DNA of 58,831 nucleotides from Pseudomonadota bacterium (GTDB lineage Bacteria; Pseudomonadota; Gammaproteobacteria; Enterobacterales; JBCCZV01): NCBI GenBank assembly GCA_039187085.1, contig JBCCZV010000006.1, positions 1 to 58,831 of the forward strand, read 5' to 3'. Shown piece by piece: positions 52,338 to 58,831 of this stretch (position 1 is its first letter; each line of letters starts with the position of its first letter). The notes under the pieces were generated by a model. It saw only the letters and a program-made list of their open reading frames with translations, ran no database searches and was not told where the DNA came from. The position numbers and the translations under genes were made by a program.

Positions 52338-53579
52338 TTAGATAAGGTACTTATCAAAGGGAATGATTTCTACCGTTTCTCCCTGAGCAAAACCAGTGCT
52401 TTCACGGGGTATGGGTATGAAGCAATTCGCACGAGCCACAGAAGATAAGATTCCAGAACTTTGAGAGCCTGTGGTGCCGACTTCTAATATTCCCTTGTCG
52501 TTTCTTCTGTAGATACCGCGTTGAAAATCCAGCCTGCCTGCTCGTTTTCGTATTGGGTGATTGATTATAGCCATTAAGGTGGGTTTTTTGGCTTTTTCAC
52601 CTTGCCAGTACCTCAAACTTGGTAAAACGACTTGTAACAAGGTAACCAGCGCTGAAACAGGGTTGCCAGGTAGTCCGAAGAAGAGTTTGTTCTTAATTGT
52701 ACCAAAAGCTAAAGGTTTACCTGGTTTGATGGCAATTTTCCAAAAATTGATTTCTCCAATCGTGCTAATAATCGTTTTAACATGGTCAGCTTCGCCTACT
52801 GATACGCCTCCCGAAGAAATGACGACATCAGCTGATTGACTCGCTTGAGTAAAAGCTGTTTGTAAAGCCTCAGGATCATCAGGAATGATGCCGTGATCTA
52901 TCACAGAAAAGCCAGCACGTTGTAGCGTAGTAATAAGTGTAATGCGATTCGATTCATAAATTTGGCCTGGCTGTAACGGATTAGAAGATGGTTGTAATTC
53001 ATCTCCTGTGGATAGGACAGCCACCTTGAGAGGAGATACAATAGGCGCAGATGCTATGCCTAATGAGGCGAGTAAACCGAGCATCGCAGGCGTTAAGCGC
53101 GTACCTTGATGAAGAATCACTTCACCTTCAGCAATATCGCAACCTTTTTTACGAATGTTTGCGCCTATTTCTGGTGTGCTAATCAGAGTCATGGTGTTTT
53201 TCGAGAATGTCGTATCTTCTTTCATCACCACCGTATCAGCCCAAGTGGGCAACACTCCGCCTGTTGTAATGCGGATACATTGTTTTGGAGCAATCGTCTT
53301 AGTGAAAGGCTTGCCCGCCAAAGCTTCGCCAACGAGCGTAAAAGTTTGACTGTCTGGATTGGTTGATAATGACAGGGCAAAACCGTCCATTGCTGAATTG
53401 TTAAACGGAGGTACGGGCATAGTGGCTTTAATATCTTCTGCCAAGATATGATTATCAGCCTCTGTAATAGGAAGTGCAATGCTGGATCTGGGGGCCAGTT
53501 GTGATATTTTATTTTCGATGGCTGTTAATGCCGTCTCCAGATCGAAAAATGCGTTAGTGTTGCTAACATTGCTAGACAT
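52338..53579 (-). CDS. moeA: Molybdopterin molybdotransferase
   Basis: VPPFNNSAMDGFA, STGDEL, SSGGVSVGEAD, KPGKP, GLPGNPVSA. Confidence 0.97.
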   Translation of the reverse strand: MSSNVSNTNAFFDLETALTAIENKISQLAPRSSIALPITEADNHILAEDIKATMPVPPFNNSAMDGFALSLSTNPDSQTFTLVGEALAGKPFTKTIAPKQCIRITTGGVLPTWADTVVMKEDTTFSKNTMTLISTPEIGANIRKKGCDIAEGEVILHQGTRLTPAMLGLLASLGIASAPIVSPLKVAVLSTGDELQPSSNPLQPGQIYESNRITLITTLQRAGFSVIDHGIIPDDPEALQTAFTQASQSADVVISSGGVSVGEADHVKTIISTIGEINFWKIAIKPGKPLAFGTIKNKLFFGLPGNPVSALVTLLQVVLPSLRYWQGEKAKKPTLMAIINHPIRKRAGRLDFQRGIYRRNDKGILEVGTTGSQSSGILSSVARANCFIPIPRESTGFAQGETVEIIPFDKYLI

Positions 53580-53624
53580 ACTGACCTCTTTGTAAATTGG
53601 ATGATGAATACAAAACGATAAATT

Positions 53625-54317
53625 ATGACAACAACTTCACACATTTCAAGCCAAAGACTCGCGTCTGAACTGCCCGTTCTTTATTCTTTTCGCCGCTGTC
53701 CTTATGCTATTCGCGCACGTATGGCAATTGTATCCTGTGGACTGCAAGTGGCTTTAAGGGAAGTGGAGCTAAAAAATAAACCCAATGGAATGCTGGCTGC
53801 TTCACCAAAAGGCACGGTGCCTGTATTAGTTTTAAATGCTGAAACGGTTATTGATGAAAGTCTTGACGTCATGTATTGGGCATTAAAAGTGTCCAAGGAT
53901 CCCTGCAAGTGGTTAGCCTACAATCAAGCACAACGAGAAGTGGCTCAAACACTTGTAACAGCTAATGATAAGGAATTTAAAGTTTGGTTGGACAAATACA
54001 AATATTTTGAGCGTTTTCCAGAGAGCCCTCGAGATTTTTACCGTCAGAAAGCAGAAGTTTTTCTGCTGCAATTGGAAGAGCGCTTGGCAAGCCAATCATT
54101 TCTTATCGGTGATACTCAGACATTCGTTGATGTGGCTATTTTCCCTTTTATTCGACAGTTTGTTTTTGCAGACCCGCAGTGGTTTGTCACAGCGCATTAC
54201 CCGCAATTGAAGCGATGGCTAGATTTTCACTTGTCATCATCAACGTTTGAGCGGGCTATGGTAAAACTCCCACCTTATTTAAAAAGCCAAGCGTCCGAAA
54301 TTTTTCCAATGATTTAA
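53625..54317 (+). CDS. Glutathione S-transferase family protein
   Basis: LYSFRRCPYAIRAR, SPKGTVPVL, DESLDVM, DVAIFPFIRQF. Confidence 0.92.
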   Translation: MTTTSHISSQRLASELPVLYSFRRCPYAIRARMAIVSCGLQVALREVELKNKPNGMLAASPKGTVPVLVLNAETVIDESLDVMYWALKVSKDPCKWLAYNQAQREVAQTLVTANDKEFKVWLDKYKYFERFPESPRDFYRQKAEVFLLQLEERLASQSFLIGDTQTFVDVAIFPFIRQFVFADPQWFVTAHYPQLKRWLDFHLSSSTFERAMVKLPPYLKSQASEIFPMI

Positions 54318-54548
54318 TACAGTTGATAGCTTTTATGGAGCAAATTTCATTTGATATTCTAACGACTTAGAAAAAAACGTGAATTAAGAGCAATTTTGTC
54401 GAACGGTCAACAGTTTAACCGTGAATTCTTCCAGCACATTAAGTTCACAAATTTTCTGTCAACTGCTAGAGTATGGAATTATTATTTTAAGAATAAGTAA
54501 TCTGAATTCGTATATTTCTATTTAATTATCACCTGTTTAAAGGCTCTT

Positions 54549-55862
54549 ATGTTTGTAATTTTCCCAAATGCTGATAATTTTCAAGTAAATCGGGCGCTTT
54601 TCATAGCTGCTTGGAAAGTCTGGTATAAGCGTTTTGATGAGCATTTACAATGGCGAGAAGGGCGTATGCCATTACGTTCTATTGAGGCTCCTCTGCACTA
54701 TTTGCTCAACCAGGGCCATCGTTTCTCCGTTGAAGTATTATGTCGATTGATGGTTCCTTGGCACGCACGTTCAAAAACTCAAGCCAATTTTGATTTTTTG
54801 ACGCTTAATCCTGCCTTGTTACGCTCTGTGCCCTACCAATCGATTCAAGGTACAGAAGAGGAAGGCGCACGACTTACTGACCAAGCGCTAGATTATTGGG
54901 ATAGCTTGCCTTATGTCTCTCAAGATTATTATTTAGCGTTAGCGGAAGCGCGTATACAAGCCGATATTGAAACTCCGCATGACGCTCCTGTAGTTATTGA
55001 TGATGCAGGCATAGTTATTATTGGTGAAGATATTTATCCACTCAGTATTCCAGAAAAAAATGCTTCTGAAGTCGAATATTTGAAATCTCTAGTAGAATGG
55101 ATTCAGCATGACCCTTACCAGCCCATGTACCAGCGGAAAGCTGTGGGGGAGTCAGTGAGTGGTTGGGAACAGCGTTTACAGGGTTTATTTTGGCCCAAAC
55201 CGCGCATCAATTACTCTACTTTACATTCCTACTTGGATCCTTTGATTTATCGCACAGTCTTGCTTGCAAAAAAAATTGAGGGGCAACAAGCATGGAATCA
55301 TCGTGAAAAGCGAATGGCTGTCAAACTAGCTCATGCTGTTTTTGACTTTAATGGTGTGCCTCAAAGAGAGATAACCGTTGAAAATGTTTACCATGTTATT
55401 GACTCTGCACTAAAAGCTGAAGCTAACTCTACCGCAAAAATGAATAGTGGCTGGACAAACTTAGCATCTTATGCCACCGTTTTTCTAGAAGGGCAAACGG
55501 GTAGATTACCATTAGCCGCTTGGAGTAGCCGCGTTGCGGCTTCTTTAACGGGGCGCCTGGATTTTCTCCTGGTTGAGGCGGGTCATGAAAGACACAATGG
55601 TATTTTCCCTGGTATTGGAACTGTACCCGGGGATGGTGGAACACGACCGCGCGAGTTGACCCTTAAATGGCCAAGTGCCTACCGTAGTTGGGAAAGTCAA
55701 ATCGCTGTGAGTCGTTATTTAGCAACCATGCGCGATATTTTGAATAATACTTGCAATGACAAGGGTGAACTCAAATACCCTAAAATGCCGTTACCACATG
55801 GTGGTGAAACTGCCTGGACTGTTCGAGGCGTGCAATTGGTTTTATTTGCGGACGGTTATTAA
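54549..55862 (+). CDS. Conserved hypothetical protein
   Basis: 437-aa ORF with RBS; W/G/P-rich motifs (AKMNSGWT, GDGGTRPR, VLFADGY); no function recognised. Confidence 0.75.
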   Translation: MFVIFPNADNFQVNRALFIAAWKVWYKRFDEHLQWREGRMPLRSIEAPLHYLLNQGHRFSVEVLCRLMVPWHARSKTQANFDFLTLNPALLRSVPYQSIQGTEEEGARLTDQALDYWDSLPYVSQDYYLALAEARIQADIETPHDAPVVIDDAGIVIIGEDIYPLSIPEKNASEVEYLKSLVEWIQHDPYQPMYQRKAVGESVSGWEQRLQGLFWPKPRINYSTLHSYLDPLIYRTVLLAKKIEGQQAWNHREKRMAVKLAHAVFDFNGVPQREITVENVYHVIDSALKAEANSTAKMNSGWTNLASYATVFLEGQTGRLPLAAWSSRVAASLTGRLDFLLVEAGHERHNGIFPGIGTVPGDGGTRPRELTLKWPSAYRSWESQIAVSRYLATMRDILNNTCNDKGELKYPKMPLPHGGETAWTVRGVQLVLFADGY

Positions 55863-55895
55863 TACTGTTCTAGTAAGATGGTAGAGGATTAAGTC

Positions 55896-57332
55896 ATGGG
55901 AATATGGGGTAGTTTTCAAGACTATTTAAAAAAAATAGTCTTTTTTAGTGTTATCATAACTCCTTCCTGGTCCCAGCAAACTTCCTTGACCATTTATAAC
56001 AGTAATTTTGCAGTGGTACGCGATAATTTGGAATTAGAGTTATCGAAAGAAATCAATGAAATTGAGTTCACAGGTATTCCCAACACCATTGAAACGCAAA
56101 GTGTTATGTTACGTAGTTTGGATCCTAAACAAACGATTCAGATTTATGAGCAAGGTTATCGCGGTGATGTACTTGACCAAAATCGTATGTTGAAATATTT
56201 CGAAGGTAAATCCATTTCCTTCGAAATTCAACATGGGGATACCAAAATCATTAAACCCGGAAAAATCATCAGAGCATCTCAAGCTCAGTCTATCATTGAA
56301 ATTGATGGTCAGTTACGTTTTGGTTTACCAGGCACGCCCTTATTTCCTCGTCTCAGCAATGAATCTGTTTTAAAGCCTGCTCTTTTATGGAAGCTGCATA
56401 GCTCTCGCACTGGAAAAACCTCTTTAGAATTAAGTTACATTGCTAATAAGTTGGGTTGGCGGGCTGATTATAACTTTGTAGAAAATCAACAAGGATCAAA
56501 AGTTTCAATGACTGCATGGATTACTATGCGCAATGATACGCTTCACCGATTTAGGCAAGCAAAAGTCAAACTCATGGCAGGTGATGTCAATCGATTGGCC
56601 CAAAATACTCGACAGGTATTTCGAAAGGAGGTGATGGCTGTAGCTGATATGGCTTCGTCACCATCGGTTACAGAAAAGTCACTGGATGAATTTCATTTAT
56701 ACACGTTACAACGCCCTATTACACTCGATAGTAAATCGTCAAAACAAATTGAATTTATACGAGCAGAAAATATTAATATAACCAAACGCTACGAATATAA
56801 AGGTTCTCCTAATGTACCCAGCAATTGGCGTGATAGTGCACCTAGAACAGGTAGAAACTTTGGTGTGGGTAATAATACGAAAGTAGGTGTCTATCGAATT
56901 TTTAAAAATGCTAAGCAACAAGGTTTAGGCATGCCATTGCCAAAAGGACGAGTGCGCTTTTATCGTCAAGATGATGATAAGCAATTAGAGTTTGTTGGTG
57001 AAAATCAAATTGATCATACGGCAACAGAGTCAGAAATTAAACTCTTCTTTGGTTATACGTTTGATGTGACAGGTGATAGAGTACAAACATCTTTTAAAGT
57101 AAACTCAACAAAAAAAGAAGCTTATGAAAGTTTTAAAATCATTTTGAATAATCAGAAAAAAGAAGCTGTGACGGTGCAGGTATTGGAACCTTTATCGCGT
57201 TGGCACAACTGGAATATTGTGGAGTCTTCGCAAAAGTATGAAAAAACTCGTGTAAATCAAATTGTTTTTGCCATAAATCTTGAAGCTAAAGAAACTAAAG
57301 AGATCACTTATACAGTGCACTATTCCTGGTAA
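55896..57332 (+). CDS. DUF4139-domain exported protein
   Basis: LTIYNSNFAVVRD, LSY..LGWRADY, EFHLYTL, GMPLPKGRVRFY, FVGENQIDHT. Confidence 0.88.
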   Translation: MGIWGSFQDYLKKIVFFSVIITPSWSQQTSLTIYNSNFAVVRDNLELELSKEINEIEFTGIPNTIETQSVMLRSLDPKQTIQIYEQGYRGDVLDQNRMLKYFEGKSISFEIQHGDTKIIKPGKIIRASQAQSIIEIDGQLRFGLPGTPLFPRLSNESVLKPALLWKLHSSRTGKTSLELSYIANKLGWRADYNFVENQQGSKVSMTAWITMRNDTLHRFRQAKVKLMAGDVNRLAQNTRQVFRKEVMAVADMASSPSVTEKSLDEFHLYTLQRPITLDSKSSKQIEFIRAENINITKRYEYKGSPNVPSNWRDSAPRTGRNFGVGNNTKVGVYRIFKNAKQQGLGMPLPKGRVRFYRQDDDKQLEFVGENQIDHTATESEIKLFFGYTFDVTGDRVQTSFKVNSTKKEAYESFKIILNNQKKEAVTVQVLEPLSRWHNWNIVESSQKYEKTRVNQIVFAINLEAKETKEITYTVHYSW

Positions 57333-57583
57333 GTTGAATACAATTATCGTGAAATTGCTTGACCATACTAAGAGGAATGAGTTAAATCAAACGTCTTCAG
57401 CTATCATTTTTTAGATGAAAATATACAAAAAATCCTTTTCAATATGTTTCCCATTTCTTTTTTTACACACAAATGTTTGTCATGATAAATTGACAGATTT
57501 TTAAAATTTGTACAATATCTAGTCCTAGTGTTTTAATCGACTTGTCGTTATGATGATAGCTTTTAATTTCTAGGTACAGTGGA

Positions 57584-58831
57584 ATGCACAATAAAAAATT
57601 ATGGATCGTGATTGTTTTTACCGCAGTAACATCATTTTTTTTAGGTAATTATTTTGTATTGTCAAAAGCAGGTTTATTAATAGGTGATTTTGAAAAATTA
57701 CCTAATGGCATGATCTATCAAGGTGATTTTCAGTCGGGTAAGTTTCATGGTAGTGGAAGCCTTAGTGATGGAACGGGTTATCGCTTTGAAGGAAAGTTTA
57801 AGGATGGGCTTTTCTCTGGACCAGGTGTTGAGACGTTTTTAGATATTACACGCTATGAAGGTGATTTTGTCAAAGGTATAAAAAGTGGTGCAGGTATAGA
57901 AACCACGAAGTTTTATACCTATGAAGGCGAGTTCAAGAAAAACTTATGGGATGGCACAGGTCTTCTGGTTTATGAAACACAAACCTATCAAGGAGAATTT
58001 CAGAAAGGCAAAATGCATGGTAAAGGCAACTTAACCTATGAAAATGGCGAAAGTTATAAAGGTGACTTTGTTGAAGATGAATATTCTGGGGAAGGCAAAT
58101 TAATATTTCCTAATGGCGGGTATTATGTGGGAGGGTTTAAAAAAGGCATTTTTGACGGTCAAGGTTTTTGGGTTAATGGAGCTGGTGAGTCGTATGAAGG
58201 TATTTTTTCACAAGGACAGTTGAGCGGTCAAGGCACTTATATTAATGGGGAAACGCGTTATGAAGGGGAATTTAAAAACTGGCAATTTGATGGAGAAGGT
58301 GAGTTAACTACAGTTAATGGTAACTACAAAGGCGTTTTTGTTGGTGGTTACTTAACAGGGCAAGCCGAATTTAAGGGTAAGAAGGGTTCAAGTTACATTG
58401 GCGAGTTCGAGTATTCCGAGTTCAATGGTCAAGGTATATTTATCGAGTCAAGTGGAGATAAATACGAAGGTGAATTTAAAAATGGTCGATATCACGGTGA
58501 AGGGGAGTTTACACGATTTAAAACTTTAGATGGAATTAAAAAGTTTAGAGGTAAATGGTCTTATGGACGTTTAATCGAGAGCGACGATTTAGGCTTAGTT
58601 TCTGACGTCAAAATGGCAGAAAAGCTTTTATATAATCACTCACAACAGGAAATTTTGCAAAAAATATTGCATAAAATACCACAAGGTACTTTAAAAAATC
58701 CCGAAATTTATAGCGTGTTAATTGCTGGAGATGGTAAAGAAGAAGTGTTCCGTCGTGAAGTAGAAATGATTCGGAATAAATTTTCGAATGTAGAAGCAAC
58801 AGCTAATAAACAAGTATTATTAGTTAATACC
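57584..58831 (+). CDS. MORN-repeat protein with peptidase C13 domain (partial, runs off window)
   Basis: Open frame from ATG 57584 to the window end (absent from the ORF track); N-terminal TM; many YEGxFxxGxxxGxG repeats; ends IYSVLIAGDGKEEVFRREV. Confidence 0.85.
   Translation, partial: MHNKKLWIVIVFTAVTSFFLGNYFVLSKAGLLIGDFEKLPNGMIYQGDFQSGKFHGSGSLSDGTGYRFEGKFKDGLFSGPGVETFLDITRYEGDFVKGIKSGAGIETTKFYTYEGEFKKNLWDGTGLLVYETQTYQGEFQKGKMHGKGNLTYENGESYKGDFVEDEYSGEGKLIFPNGGYYVGGFKKGIFDGQGFWVNGAGESYEGIFSQGQLSGQGTYINGETRYEGEFKNWQFDGEGELTTVNGNYKGVFVGGYLTGQAEFKGKKGSSYIGEFEYSEFNGQGIFIESSGDKYEGEFKNGRYHGEGEFTRFKTLDGIKKFRGKWSYGRLIESDDLGLVSDVKMAEKLLYNHSQQEILQKILHKIPQGTLKNPEIYSVLIAGDGKEEVFRREVEMIRNKFSNVEATANKQVLLVNT

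Noticed and set aside
58608-58799. 63-aa minus-strand ORF
   Set aside because: Antisense to the MORN/C13 gene

Overview
This is a chromosomal window from a low-GC, probably marine gammaproteobacterium (taxonomy inferred). It opens with purL, gshA, a GNAT, an orphan secreted protein between 37-bp direct repeats, arsC-acr3, a di-heme Calx-beta lipoprotein, an ArsP-like permease fused to an FG-GAP/ASPIC-UnbV domain, and a kelch protein. The centre (~16-42 kb) is the most interesting part. A HlyB/HlyD type I secretion operon (plus an OmpA-family gene) is divergent from an array of 'shared promoter -> small immunity-like gene(s) -> giant RTX protein' cassettes. The two RTX proteins share a stalk and a C-terminal secretion region but have unrelated N-terminal domains. 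One carries a T4/GH24-type lysozyme motif and is preceded by an LprI lysozyme-inhibitor gene. The other is split by a +1 frameshift and is preceded by three mosaic copies of a cytoplasmic partner gene, two of which are followed only by toxin stubs. This looks like a T1SS/RTX polymorphic antibacterial toxin-immunity system with N-terminal warheads (inference, not tested). The right arm holds an HzsA-like multiheme lipoprotein/beta-barrel/TlpA/DUF4266/DUF3570 cluster, moaE-modABC-moeA, a GST, a DUF4139 protein, and a MORN-repeat/C13 peptidase that runs off the window edge. No rRNA, tRNA, CRISPR array or transposase was recognised.
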